A stretch of DNA of 63,943 bases, filler included, from Lama guanicoe (GCA_013239625.1; 74 parts of 71 records of this genome joined end to end with filler, not necessarily neighbours in it); one strand, 5' to 3'. Counted from the first letter of the whole stretch, positions 50,965 to 63,112 are shown. Translations and numbers: made by a program. Notes: generated from the letters alone by a model not told the origin.

Positions 50965-51734
50965 CTTGTGTGGCGGGGAGATGTGGAGCCACAATCCAAG
51001 TAGACGAATGGGGACACACTTGTTTCCCATTAGGGAGAAGTCCTCTAAGTAATTCCATATTCCTTCGGGGGGAAGTTGCTGCTACTTGGCCTCCAAGACA
51101 AAACTCCCTGATTTCCCGCTCGGCCTGGCATAGGGAAACACTCAAGGAATATAAGCTATGGGAATCTATTAGAACCCAGGCGCTGCTGTCATTTGGAGGA
51201 GCCTCCCCACAATCAGGATACCTGAGCACGTCTCCGTGTGTGTGCTGGAGGTGGGGAAACAGATTCCACGCATCTTTATGGGGCACAGGTGTTCCAAGAT
51301 TGGGGAAGTAGTTTAAAACCCTCGACAACCCACAGAGATGCACTCGCTAATACTTGGCTTTAGAGCCCATCCCCCACCATCGCTTACTGCTAGGCCTAGG
51401 AAAACACTTAGGGAAAAAAAATTCTAATAAAACCCAGGTGCTGCTGTCTGTTGGAGGAAACTCCCCACTCTCAGAACCCCAGAACACTTCTTCCTGTGTG
51501 TGCTGGACGTGGGGAAACATAGCACACGCATTTTTCAGGGGTCACAGTAATTCCCAAGTGGTGGGTTGTAGTTTAAACATCTCCACTGCCCATGGAGAGG
51601 TACACGCTAATACTTAGTTTTAGATCCCAAATCCCACTTCCAACCACACACTTTGCTAGGCAAACCATCAGGGAAGACAAGCAACAGGATTGTATTAAAA
51701 ACAAGACGCTGATGTCAGTTGGAGGAACTACCCC
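50965..51734 (-). repeat. ~267-bp satellite, subfamily A2 (reverse)
   Basis: 51356-51734 is the reverse complement of ~23252-23629. Confidence 0.9.
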
Positions 51735-51834
51735 NNNNNNNNNNNNNNNNNNNNNNNNNNNNNNNNNNNNNNNNNNNNTTAATTAATTAANNNNNNNNNN
51801 NNNNNNNNNNNNNNNNNNNNNNNNNNNNNNNNNN

Positions 51835-52751
51835 AGCATTTACGGAATCCAGAATGCCCTGTTGATGGAATGCATTTAAATTAAATATCTGTTAGGTGGG
51901 AATCGCTCCAGAAGTATTTTTCCGTGAAAAATGCACGAATTCTAAACTCGTGTTAGGGAAAGCTTGTGAAAATCTGTACACGTGTCTAGAAGAAAATTTT
52001 CCTTTTATAGAGGATGAAACATCAGTAATCCACATGCTCTCAACTCAGGAATGCATGATTTTCGAATCCATTATGCATGTAGCATGTACGGAACACGGAA
52101 TATCATGTAGATAGAATTTTTCAAATTACATATCTCTAGGGTAGGATTCGCACCAAGAAGGTTTTTCTGGAATCAAAGTGTGATTCTTGAACCTAGTGAT
52201 AGGAAGAAGCTACGAAGACGAATTATATATATTTAAGTGCTTTGGTAACTTGTAATGATTGAAACATCAGTCATGAGCATATTCACAACTCAGAAATGCA
52301 TGTTTGAGGAATCAGTATTTCATGAAACATGTTCGGAATATGGAATGCCATGGTTATGTAAACAATGTAAATTACGTGTGTATTGGTGAGAATTCGCTCA
52401 AAGANNNNNNNNNNNNNNNNNNNNNNNNNNNNNNNNNNNNNNNNNNNNNNNNCTGGTGACAGAAAAACTATGAAGTCAGAGTAAATATTTCAAAGTGTAT
52501 ATATGCCTTGTTTGGTGGATGAAAGGTCAGTAATCCACATGCTGAGATCTCAGAAACACATGTTTGCCGAATCCATCATGCATGAAGCATGTACGGAACC
52601 CTGAATGCCATTGTAATGGAATTCATGTAAACTACATATCTTTTTGGTGGAAATCGCTCCAGAAGTATTTTTCTGAGAAAAATGCACGAGTACAAAACTC
52701 GTCTTAGGAAAAGATTGTGAAAATGGGTACACGTGTCTAGATGAAAATATT
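51835..52751 (+). repeat. ~250-bp divergent-monomer satellite, family D
   Basis: tcagt.at...cat..t......ctcag.aa..catg at ~52021, 52266, 52526; aatcgctccagaagtattttt at 51901 and 52652. Confidence 0.85.
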
Positions 52752-53460
52752 NNNNNNNNNNNNNNNNNNNNNNNNNNNNNNNNNNNNNNNNNNNNTTAAT
52801 TAATTAANNNNNNNNNNNNNNNNNNNNNNNNNNNNNNNNNNNNNNNNNNNNCCTTACCACAGTCATGAGGAATCAACTCTCTTATTCTTATTTTATAAGA
52901 GACTACAATACAGAGAATTTAAGTTGTCCAAGATCACTCAGGAAGCAAGCTGCTGTGTTCAAATACGGATTTCGGCAACTTCATTCCCAAGGTCTCACTA
53001 CCACAATGCTGGCCTCTCTGAACAATGGAGCATGCATTCGCAATAAAAGTTAAACGCTTCAATTAAAAAACTAAAAAACAAATTAAACAATTTTAAATAA
53101 GGAAGAACGATAAAGTGAAATGTGTCTTCATTTTCAACAACAAGAATGTTCCAATGAAAATTTACCCTTATTAGTTGGCAATTTTAAATTTAAAATTCTC
53201 AGTTTAAGTGACCAAAAACTTTTCTTCAGTATTTTTTGTATGCTGCCAATATGATATGCTTTTGTTTCTCAGGACTCAAAACATTATGAACATCTAATTT
53301 TGTCTAAGTTACAACTTTCATCTCTGAATGTACAGTCTTTCACCAACATACGCTTTGACCNNNNNNNNNNNNNNNNNNNNNNNNNNNNNNNNNNNNNNNN
53401 NNNNTTAATTAATTAANNNNNNNNNNNNNNNNNNNNNNNNNNNNNNNNNNNNNNNNNNNN

Positions 53461-53544
53461 TGACGTTCATTCTCAAAAGGGCAAAAGCCCAGAGAGGGTG
53501 AAAAGATGATTGGGGTGTTGTGTGTGTGTGGGGGGGTGAAGGTT

Positions 53545-53607
<63 letters not shown>

Positions 53608-54245
53608 GTGGCGGGGGGGGGTGTGGGTGAATAGGGGGGGGAGAGGGGANNNNNNNNNNNNNNNNNNNNNNNNNNNNNTAGGCCCACGATGGGATGAAAA
53701 CCAACGTGTTGGGTATGGCATTGCCTAAGATGGGGTGAACCAAAAGAACCCCCTGCGGTGTATGTTCCTGAATGAGGAGGACCCACTTGGCAGTTGAACT
53801 TAGGGAGTTTGCCGGGGAGACAAGGGGATTCCATGTGGAGGGGGGCAGCGTTCTGCAGGGACCTCAGATGAGCGATTGTGGCCTTTCTTGGAGCTTGCAG
53901 GAATCTGTGTAATTACGTGGTTACCAAAGGCAGATGGTTTAGATGAGTGGGCAGCAGGAAGTGTTCTTGGTGAACAGATGTCTGCCAGCCAGGGTCAGTG
54001 GTAGAGGCTCGTTGATAACTTCAGAGATACACAATTTAATAACTCTGAACATTTACTAGGATTGTATAGTGATTCTGGGATGTACGGGTGTTAACTGACA
54101 GAAAGTATTTAGTATGAAATAAAATCTGTTAATATGGTGAATTGAAACATAGAAGTAACTCAAAAACAGTTTACACAACAGGATGAAAAGGAGAGTTTTG
54201 GTGGGTGCCGTGGTGTCAGGAAGTTGTTAGAGGGTTGTGTTGTGT
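53461..54245 (+). repeat. Multicopy unit with compound (TG)n(TC)n(TG)n microsatellite, copy 1
   Basis: 53520-54004 aligns with 54346-54823. Confidence 0.85.
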
Positions 54246-54345
54246 NNNNNNNNNNNNNNNNNNNNNNNNNNNNNNNNNNNNNNNNNNNNTTAATTAATTA
54301 ANNNNNNNNNNNNNNNNNNNNNNNNNNNNNNNNNNNNNNNNNNNN

Positions 54346-54373
54346 TGTGTGTGTGTGGGGGGGTGAAGGTTGT

Positions 54374-54422
<49 letters not shown>

Positions 54423-54823
54423 TGTTGTGGCGTGGGGGGTTGTTGATGAATAGGTGGAGCACAGGGGACTTTTAAGCAGCGAAACTCTCCGGTAGGTAGG
54501 CCCATGATGGGATGAAAACCAACGTGTTGGGTATGGTATTGCCTAAGATTGGGTGAACCGAAAGAACCCCCTGCGGTGTATGTTCCTGAATGAGGAGGAC
54601 CCACTTGGCAGTTGAACTTAGGGAGTTTGCCGGGGAGACAAGGGGTTTCCATGTGGAGGGGGGCAGCGTTCTGCAGGGACCTCAGATGAGAGAGTGTGGC
54701 CCTTCTTGGAGCTTGCAGGAATCTGTGTAATTACGTGATTACCAAAGGCAGATGGTTTAGATGAGTGGGCCAGAAGGAAGTGGTCTTGGTGAACAGATGT
54801 CTGCCAGCCAGGGTCAGTGGTAG
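54346..54823 (+). repeat. Multicopy unit with compound microsatellite, copy 2
   Basis: Near-identical to 53520-54004 with scattered substitutions. Confidence 0.85.
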
Positions 54824-54923
54824 NNNNNNNNNNNNNNNNNNNNNNNNNNNNNNNNNNNNNNNNNNNNTTAATTAATTAANNNNNNNNNNNNNNNNNNNNN
54901 NNNNNNNNNNNNNNNNNNNNNNN

Positions 54924-55355
54924 CCAAGTGAAAACCAAAGTTCTTACAATGACCTACATTTAATGATCTGGCACCCCATTATCCAATGCTCCCTCTGTCT
55001 TTGCTTCATCTACTATTGTGCCCCTTTAAACATATTCCTGCCACAGGACATTTGCACTTGACATCCCTGCTGCCCGAATGTGCTTTTCCAGGTACCTCTA
55101 TGGCCAATTCAGTCCTTCATTTCCTTCAGATTTCTACCCAGTGAGTCCTTCACTGAGTGCCCTGCAGAGATTCCTCAACTGACCCTGACTTGCCCAGTAA
55201 CACTTTCTTCCTCAATGCTCCTGCTTAGCTTTCTTTTTAGCTTTCTTTTTATTTACTTTTTACCTTGCTTACTGTCTGCTCTACTGCATTTTAAACCGTG
55301 CTGGATCAGGTATCTCATCAGTTTTGTTCAGTTTTGTATGAACAGCCCCTAGAAG
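54924..55355 (+). mobile_element. L2 3' region
   Basis: ccaaagttcttacaatgacctaca...tgatctggcacc...ttcctgccacaggacatttgcacttg...tttccttcag. Confidence 0.8.
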
Positions 55356-55455
55356 NNNNNNNNNNNNNNNNNNNNNNNNNNNNNNNNNNNNNNNNNNNNT
55401 TAATTAATTAANNNNNNNNNNNNNNNNNNNNNNNNNNNNNNNNNNNNNNNNNNNN

Positions 55456-55937
55456 AAAATAAAGTCTTTTTTTCTCTCTAAAATTACACTCATTTTTCTC
55501 AAATATAGCCACACCAAGATTAATTTCTTTACATGTTAAGTCTGATTATTTGATCATATAGGGGTTTTTAAATTGGCTGTGTTGGAAGTTTTAATACAGT
55601 GTCTCAGGGTAGAATGTTAATAAGTTTTGCTAAGGCCAGGAAAGCCATTTCAAGGGCTTGTCATGGATTTCTGCCAATTTAGGTAAATTCTTTTCTCTTT
55701 AAAATCCTTAAAATACCTTGGGATTCCTATATCTGTTAGAAGATGATGTTCCTCATTTGTCTCATAGAGCCACTGGGGACCTAAGAGTTTTTAGTCTCTT
55801 GAGTGATCATATAGAGAGAAAAGATAACTGTTTCAAGTATCCTTATATAGGTATAATTTATCAAATTTCTGTGATTCATAACTGGCCTAAGAGGAAGAGT
55901 TTCTTTATGACTGGGAAACAGGGTAAAACCAGTAGTA
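55456..55937. mobile_element. Possible ERV1 (MER4-group) internal fragment
   Basis: AT-rich sequence resembling MER4-group internal regions (ctgattatt...aaggccaggaaagcc...aatttaggtaaattc); recognised from memory only. Confidence 0.4.
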
Positions 55938-56182
55938 NNNNNNNNNNNNNNNNNNNNNNNNNNNNNNNNNNNNNNNNNNNNTTAATTAATTAANNNNNNN
56001 NNNNNNNNNNNNNNNNNNNNNNNNNNNNNNNNNNNNNCCTGATCCACCGTGTGTAGAGCAGCCTGGAGGGTGGTGGGGAGGGCAGTGTGGGAGCTCAGAT
56101 CTGGGGGAACCGGGCCAGAACTGTCACTGCTTTGTCCAGAAGCCTCCAGGGACTAGAGGAGAGGGTGACACAGATGGAGGGT

Positions 56183-56221
56183 GTTTTATGTCCCACTTCC
56201 CCATCTGCCTGTGTCACTGTG
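56183..56221 (-). promoter_or_regulatory. 23-RSS of the IGLV segment
   Basis: Minus strand CACAGTG (56221-56215) + 23 nt + ACATAAAAC (56191-56183). Confidence 0.93.
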
Positions 56222-56694
56222 AGCATTATAATCACTGCTGTCTGCTGACAGACAGTAATAGTCGGCCTCGTCCTCAGCCTGGATCCCACTGATGGTCAGG
56301 GAGGCTGTGCCCCCCGATCAGGAGCCAGAGAACCGCTCAGGGATCCCTGAGGGCCGGTTGCTATCTCTGTAGATGACCAGCACAGGGGCCTGGTCTGGCT
56401 TCTGCTGGTACCAGTGAGCATAATAGCTTTCTAAGCTGCCTCCTTGACAGGTGATCTTGGCCGTCTGTCCTAAGGACACAGACACCGTGGANNNNNNNNN
56501 NNNNNNNNNNNNNNNNNNNNNNNNNNNNNNNNNNNNNNNNNNNNNNNNNNNNNNNNNNNNNNNNNNNNNNNNNNNNNNNNNNNNNNNNNNNNNNNNNNNN
56601 NNNNNNNNNNNNNNNNNNNNNNNNNNNNNNAGAGCCCTATGGCAGCACCTGTGCAGAGAGAGAGGAGGGGCAGCAGGACGGGGGTCCAGGCCAT
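56222..56694 (-). pseudogene. IGLV3: Immunoglobulin lambda variable gene, IGLV3 family, with in-frame TGA in FR3 (leader exon 56694-56649; visible V exon 56491-56222; intron and V start in N gap)
   Basis: Leader MAWTPVLLPLLSLCT+G|gtgctgcc; [90 protein letters not shown]; stop at 56318-56320. Confidence 0.93.
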
Positions 56695-56753
56695 GGTGGG
56701 GCGCCCTGAGCTCTGCCTCTGAGCCCACAACTGAGGGTGGAGTCTTGGGGCTT

Positions 56754-56787
56754 CTCTTATTTTCAGAGGGGACATCCTCATGCAAAT
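56754..56787 (-). promoter_or_regulatory. Ig light-chain promoter: octamer and TATA-like element
   Basis: ATTTGCAT on the coding strand at 56787-56780, AAATAAGAG about 20 nt downstream; the octamer lies ~90 nt upstream of the leader ATG. Confidence 0.88.
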
Positions 56788-57198
56788 CTGCTTCCTGGTC
56801 GAATGTCCTTGGTGACTGGCTCCCTCCTGAGCAGAGAGCAGCTGGGCTCAATGGAGGATTTCAGTGNNNNNNNNNNNNNNNNNNNNNNNNNNNNNNNNNN
56901 NNNNNNNNNNTTAATTAATTAANNNNNNNNNNNNNNNNNNNNNNNNNNNNNNNNNNNNNNNNNNNNCACCACATATCTCCTCCTGTGTTAACAGGAAAAG
57001 GCTAATCTTCTGGACGTTGTTTGTTCCTGGGTAAAATGAAAATAATATATCAGGAGGCGACAAGCTCATTTAAGGCAGGCACCATGTTGCCTTGTTCACT
57101 GCTGAATCCAAGGCACCGGGAAGGCTGAGTTTAACGAGTGAATGAATGAACTGTAGTCCCCCCAGAGTTACCATGTGGGACAGTGAGGATTAGCAGCT

Positions 57199-57276
57199 AA
57201 GAGCATAGACTCGAGAGGGAAGGGTACAGCACCCCACCACCAAAAAAAAAAGAGAAGAGGCCAAGAGCGTAGACTC
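57199..57276 (+). mobile_element. Internally deleted tRNA-derived SINE with 14-bp target-site duplication, inserted in a probable MIR
   Basis: TSD aagagcatagactc (57199-212) / aagagcgtagactc (57263-276) flanks head gagagggaagggtacagc plus tail accccaccacc-A10. Confidence 0.75.
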
Positions 57277-58151
57277 ATGCTGGAATACATGTGCTGGTTT
57301 CTCGCTGTCGACCTTGTAAATGTCACTTAGCCTCTGTGTCTCTCAAGTTCCTCTCCTCACCANNNNNNNNNNNNNNNNNNNNNNNNNNNNNNNNNNNNNN
57401 NNNNNNNNNNNNNNNNNNNNNNNNNNNNNNNNNNNNNNNNNNNNNNNNNNNNNNNNNNNNNNNNNNNNNNNNNNNNNNNNNNNNNNNNNNNNNNNNNNNN
57501 NNNNNNNNNNNNNNNNNNNNNNNNNNNNNNTTCATTTATCCTGTAATTCAGGCTTTTCCCTCTGAAATGCCATTTTCTGTCTGTGCACTAGAAAGCCACA
57601 AGTTTTTCCAAATTTCATCTGTCTGGGTTCTTGTCATGACGGCAATACTGTACTGCANNNNNNNNNNNNNNNNNNNNNNNNNNNNNNNNNNNNNNNNNNN
57701 NTTAATTAATTAANNNNNNNNNNNNNNNNNNNNNNNNNNNNNNNNNNNNNNNNNNNNCTCTCTTAGAATCTTTTTAGGTTTACTTCATCCTTTCTCAGAT
57801 CAAGTATCAAGTAAGGGACAGTGTTAAAAAAAATTCAGGATTAACAGGCTTGTGAGCTCCAAGATCTGCAAGGCAGCTCTCCCTCCCCATGGTGTAAGTC
57901 AAATGGCAAAAATGAAATAAAGCACCACATATCTCCTCCTGTGTTAACAGGAAAAGGCTAATCTTCTGGACGTTGTTTGTTCCTGGGTAAAATGAANNNN
58001 NNNNNNNNNNNNNNNNNNNNNNNNNNNNNNNNNNNNNNNNNNNNNNNNNNNNNNNNNNNNNNNNNNNNNNNNNNNNNNNNNNNNNNNNNNNNNNNNNNNN
58101 NNNNNNNNACCATGTGGGACAGTGAGGATTAGCAGCTAAGAGCATAGACTC

Positions 58152-58255
58152 GAGAGGGAAGGGTACAGCTCAAGTGATGGAGTGCATGCTTAGCAAGCAT
58201 AAGGTTCTGGGTTCAGCCCCCAACACCTCCTCTAAAATAGACAAATAACCCTAAT
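58152..58255 (+). mobile_element. tRNA-derived SINE (camelid Vic-1-like)
   Basis: gggaagggtacagctcaagtgatggagtgcatgcttagcaagcataaggttctgggttcagccccc: tRNA-like body with A and B boxes, then aaata...cctaat tail. Confidence 0.8.
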
Positions 58256-58355
58256 NNNNNNNNNNNNNNNNNNNNNNNNNNNNNNNNNNNNNNNNNNNNT
58301 TAATTAATTAANNNNNNNNNNNNNNNNNNNNNNNNNNNNNNNNNNNNNNNNNNNN

Positions 58356-58846
58356 AAAATAAGCAAGTGGGACCTAAATAAACTTGAAAATTTCTGCACA
58401 GCTATGGACACGATATGTGAAATGAAAACACTGCCTGTATAATTGGAGAACATATTTGCAAACAATGCAAGTGACCAGGGGTTAATAGATGTAGGTTAAT
58501 AGATGTAACATGGATTTAGTTTACAACACAACTCAAGGTGAAAAACAAACATCCAATCAAAAACAAGAGCAGAGAACCTGAGTTAATATTTTTCCCAAGA
58601 AAACATACAGATGAGTAACAGGCAAGTGATAAAATTGCTCAACATTTCTAATTATTAGGTAATTGCAAATAAATACCACAATGAGATATCACTTAAAACT
58701 GGTCAAATGGCTATTATGAAAAATTCTACTAATAGAAAGTGTTGGAGATGATGTGGAGGTAACCAATCTTTTGTATACTCTTGGTAGGAATGTATACTTT
58801 TGTAACTTGTATGGAAAACAGTATTCAGATTTGTTTAAAAACTAAA
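58356..58846 (+). mobile_element. Old L1 ORF2 C-terminal fragment
   Basis: caagtgggacctaaataaactt...ttctgcacagc...ggagaacatatttgcaaac...accacaatgagatatcac...tatggaaaacagta. Confidence 0.88.
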
Positions 58847-59045
58847 NNNNNNNNNNNNNNNNNNNNNNNNNNNNNNNNNNNNNNNNNNNNTTAATTAATT
58901 AANNNNNNNNNNNNNNNNNNNNNNNNNNNNNNNNNNNNNNNNNNNNAGGGGAGGGGAGCCAGTGTCCTCCGAATCTGTCACCTTGATCTCTCTCTCCTTT
59001 CTTGAGTTGATTAACCGTGAGTAAAATGCGCCCGTTCTAATCAAA

Positions 59046-59466
59046 TTTTTTAACATTTTTTATTGATTTATAGTCATTTTACAATGTTGTGTCAAATTCC
59101 AGTGTAGAGCACAATTTTTCAGTTATACATGAACATACATATATTATATTCATTGTCACTATTTCTTTTTGCTGTGAGCTACCACAAGATCTTGTATATA
59201 TTTCCCTGTGTAATGCAGCATAATCTTGTTAATCTGTTCTACAGATGCCTGTCAGTATCTATAAATTTTGAAATCCCAGTCTGTCCTTTCCCACCCCCTG
59301 CCCCCTTGGCAACCACAAGTTTGTATTCTATGTCTGAGTCTCTTTCTGTTTTGCATTTATTTTTTTTGTTTTTTAATATTCCACATATGAGAGACTCATG
59401 TGGTATTTTTCTTTCTGTTTCTGGCTTACTTCACTTAAATGACAGTCTCCTGGAGCATCCATGTTC
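59046..59466 (-). mobile_element. L1 3' end
   Basis: Reverse of the 6790-7098 3'UTR, ending in a T-rich terminus at 59046-59062. Confidence 0.88.
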
Positions 59467-60092
59467 NNNNNNNNNNNNNNNNNNNNNNNNNNNNNNNNNN
59501 NNNNNNNNNNTTAATTAATTAANNNNNNNNNNNNNNNNNNNNNNNNNNNNNNNNNNNNNNNNNNNNTTTAAAATTTATTTTGGTGATACTTCAAAAATTT
59601 CAATGTACAAATCTTATAAATTCTTGTTAAATGTATCTCTCACTTTATTCTTAATGCTGTTGTAAATGGAAAGGCTGAGTTTCTTATGGGTGGTACTATA
59701 TATCAATCTTCTTATTTCTAGAATTCCTTCACAGCAAATACCCTAGGTATATATTTGCTACATAAATCTAACACAACTATTCCCCGCCCCATGTTATAAG
59801 AAACCAAGACCCAAGGTAAGCTACTTGAAAATACCTATGTGGAAGTGAGAAATGAGACCCATGGGTGGGGCTTTGTGCAGATGATACTGAGAGCATATTC
59901 AGAATGGCTTCTTCTTAATTTCTTTTAAACAGCCCTTTCAGTTTATTTAGTCAGATACATTAAGATTATGCCCTTTTGATGTGCGGAGTAGCNNNNNNNN
60001 NNNNNNNNNNNNNNNNNNNNNNNNNNNNNNNNNNNNTTAATTAATTAANNNNNNNNNNNNNNNNNNNNNNNNNNNNNNNNNNNNNNNNNNNN

Positions 60093-60876
60093 GTCATCCT
60101 GAAGTAGATTTCCTTCTGGGTACAAGCCCAGGAGTGGGATAGCTGGGTCATATGATAAGTCTATTCCTAGACTTTTGAGGAATCTCCACACTGTTTTCCA
60201 TACTGGCTGCACCAAACTGCATTCCCACCAGCAGTGTAGGAGGGTTCACCTTTATCCACAGCCTCTCCAGCATTTGTCATTTTTGGATTGTTGAATGACG
60301 GCCATTCTGACTGGTGTGAGGTGATACCTCATTGTAGTTTTGATTTGCATTTCTCTGATAATTAGTGATATTGAACATTTTTTCATGTGCTTTTTGATCA
60401 TTTGTATGTCTTCCTTGGAGAATTGCTTGTTTAGGTCTTCTGCCCATTTTTGGATTGGGTTGTTNNNNNNNNNNNNNNNNNNNNNNNNNNNNNNNNNNNN
60501 NNNNNNNNNNNNNNNNNNNNNNNNNNNNNNNNNNNNNNNNNNNNNNNNNNNNNNNNNNNNNNNNNNNNNNNNNNNNNNNNNNNNNNNNNNNNNNNNNNNN
60601 NNNNNNNNNNNNNNNNNNNNNNNNNNNNNNNNNNNNNNNNNNNNNNNNNNNNNNNNNNNNNNNNNNNNNNNNNNNNNNNNNNNNNNNNNNNNNNNNNNNN
60701 NNNNNNNNNNNNNNNNNNNNNNNNNNNNNNNNNNNNNNNNNNNNNNNNNNNNNNNNNNNNNNNNNNNNNNNNNNNNNNNNNNAAGGGCGTGTCTTCATTG
60801 TTTTACATGCTGCTGTCGAGTTTTCCTAACACCATTTGCTGAAGAGACTGTCTTTATTCCATTATATATTCTTGCC
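60093..60876 (-). mobile_element. L1 ORF2 C-terminal fragment
   Basis: ggtgtgaggtgatacctcattgtagttttgatttgcatttctctgataattagtga; caccatttgctgaagagactgtc. Confidence 0.93.
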
Positions 60877-60976
60877 NNNNNNNNNNNNNNNNNNNNNNNN
60901 NNNNNNNNNNNNNNNNNNNNTTAATTAATTAANNNNNNNNNNNNNNNNNNNNNNNNNNNNNNNNNNNNNNNNNNNN

Positions 60977-61369
60977 CAGTGTAGAGCACAATTTTTCAAT
61001 TATACATGAACATATGTATATTCATCGTCACATTTTTTTTTTTGCCGTGAGATACCACAAGATCTTGTATATATTTCCCTGTGCTACACAGTATAATTTT
61101 GTTCATCTATTCTGCATATGCCTGTCAGTATCTATAAATTTCAAACTCCCAGTCTGTCCCTTCCCACCCCCGCCTCCTTGGCAACCACAAGTCTGTATTC
61201 TAAGTCTATGAGTCTATTTCTGTTTTGTATTTATGTTCATTTTTTTTCTTAGATTCCACATATGAGCGATCTCATGTGGTATTTTTCTTTCTTGTTCTGG
61301 CTTACTTCACTTAGAATGACATTCTCCAGGGACACCCATGTTGCTTCAAATGGTGTTATGTTGTCATTT
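60977..61369 (-). mobile_element. L1 3' end, 5' truncated
   Basis: Same 3'UTR as 59046-59466. Confidence 0.88.
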
Positions 61370-61813
61370 CTGTACTTAGTGTTTATGTTTCATTTAATGA
61401 CCAATCTTGGGTTACATAGTCCAAACACAGACTTGTGAACTGACCTGGCTGGTTACTTAGAATGTGCTCTTAGACCAGGAAGGTTGAGTATCAAAGTCAT
61501 TCTTTACTTTCTCAGTAAAGTTTCTCATCAAATTTCCCAAGAGTTATTCCAGGTAAGGAACAGGCAATTTATCCACATCGCAGCACACACAGCTCATAGC
61601 AGAGTATTCCCACTGGTCAGTGAAGTGATGTCATTGCTTCAGTCTGATTATCAGAAAAAAACACAGGAGAAGATGGCTACACCAGTGACGAGACCATTTT
61701 GAATCAAAGGGGCNNNNNNNNNNNNNNNNNNNNNNNNNNNNNNNNNNNNNNNNNNNNTTAATTAATTAANNNNNNNNNNNNNNNNNNNNNNNNNNNNNNN
61801 NNNNNNNNNNNNN

Positions 61814-62574
61814 TGTTAGTAATTCTTGTATGTACTTAGGTGCTCCTATATTGGGTGCAGATGTATTAAAGAGTGTAAAATATTCATCTAGTATCACTCC
61901 TTTAATCATTATGAAATGTCCCTCTTTATCATTCTTTATGGCCTTTGTTTTAAAGTCCATTTTGTCTGAAATCAGTACTGCAACACCTGCTTTTTTGGCT
62001 TTTCCATTTGCATGGAATATCCTTTTCCATCCTTTCACTCTCAATGTATATGTGTCCTTCTCCCTAAAGTGGGTCTAGTGTATGCAGCATATTGAAGGTT
62101 CTTTCTTTATTATCCACTCTGTCACTCTATGTCTTTTGACTGGAGCATTTAGTCCATTAACATTTACAGTAATTAATGATAGATATGTGTTTATTGCCAT
62201 TTTGAACTTATCTTTGCAGTTGAATTGGTATATCCTCTTTGTTCCTTTCATCCTTTTGTGGTTTGATAATTTTCCTTTGTATTATCATGGATTTTATTTA
62301 ATTTTTGTGACTCCCTTGTAAATTTTTGACTTTTGGTTACCCTTTTTTGTAAATCTATAATCCTATAACCGTTTTTATTAAACTGATAATAACATGATCT
62401 CAAACCCATCGTATTGTTAAAAAAATTTAAAAAAGAAAGAAAAAAATTCTATATTTATCTGTCTCCCTCTCCCACTCTCAGTGATTTGTATGTCTTCATT
62501 TATAATTTCATGTTTCTTTATTTGTAATTAATGAGTTTTCACCTTTCCAGTTGTGAGTTTCTCATTTCTGTAGC
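61814..62574 (-). mobile_element. L1 inter-ORF region and ORF2 endonuclease start (ATG at 62200, nonsense at codon 42)
   Basis: MAINTYLSLITVNVNGLNAPVKRHRVTEWIIKKEPSICCIH*TH...RVKGWKRIFHANGKAKKAGVAVLISDK...APNIGAPKYI. Confidence 0.93.
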
Positions 62575-62674
62575 NNNNNNNNNNNNNNNNNNNNNNNNNN
62601 NNNNNNNNNNNNNNNNNNTTAATTAATTAANNNNNNNNNNNNNNNNNNNNNNNNNNNNNNNNNNNNNNNNNNNN

Positions 62675-63112
62675 TGTGTTCTAAATTCTATATTCTATAT
62701 ACTATATCCTGCATTCCGTATTCTATATTCTCTATTCTGTGTTCTTCATTCTTTATTCTAAATTCTATATTCAGTAATATGTATACTATATTCTAAATTC
62801 TGTGTTATGCATCCCATGTTCTAAATTCTGGGTTCTATATTCTGTTTTCCATATTTTATATTCTGTGTTCTAAATTCTGTATTCTGTATTCTATAATCTG
62901 CATTCAGTATTCTCCATTATATATTCTGTAGTGTTTTTCCTTCTATATTCCAAATTCTATATTCAGTATTCTGTATTCTATATTGTAAATTCTGTGTTCT
63001 GCATTCCATTTTCTATATTCTTGCTTCTACATCCTCTATTCTATAATCTAAATTCTGTGTTCTGCATTCCATGTTGTAGATTCTATATTCAGTATTCTCT
63101 ATTCTATATTCT
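62675..63112 (+). repeat. AT-rich heptamer satellite
   Basis: Same 7-bp/63-bp pattern. Confidence 0.93.

Noticed and set aside
25814..56787. TRAV and IGLV segments in one window suggesting a hybrid antigen-receptor locus
   Set aside because: They sit on different fragments separated by dozens of artificial linkers
58152..58232. tRNA-like sequence
   Set aside because: Degenerate stems, an A-rich tail and a TSD at the sister copy identify it as a SINE, not a tRNA gene
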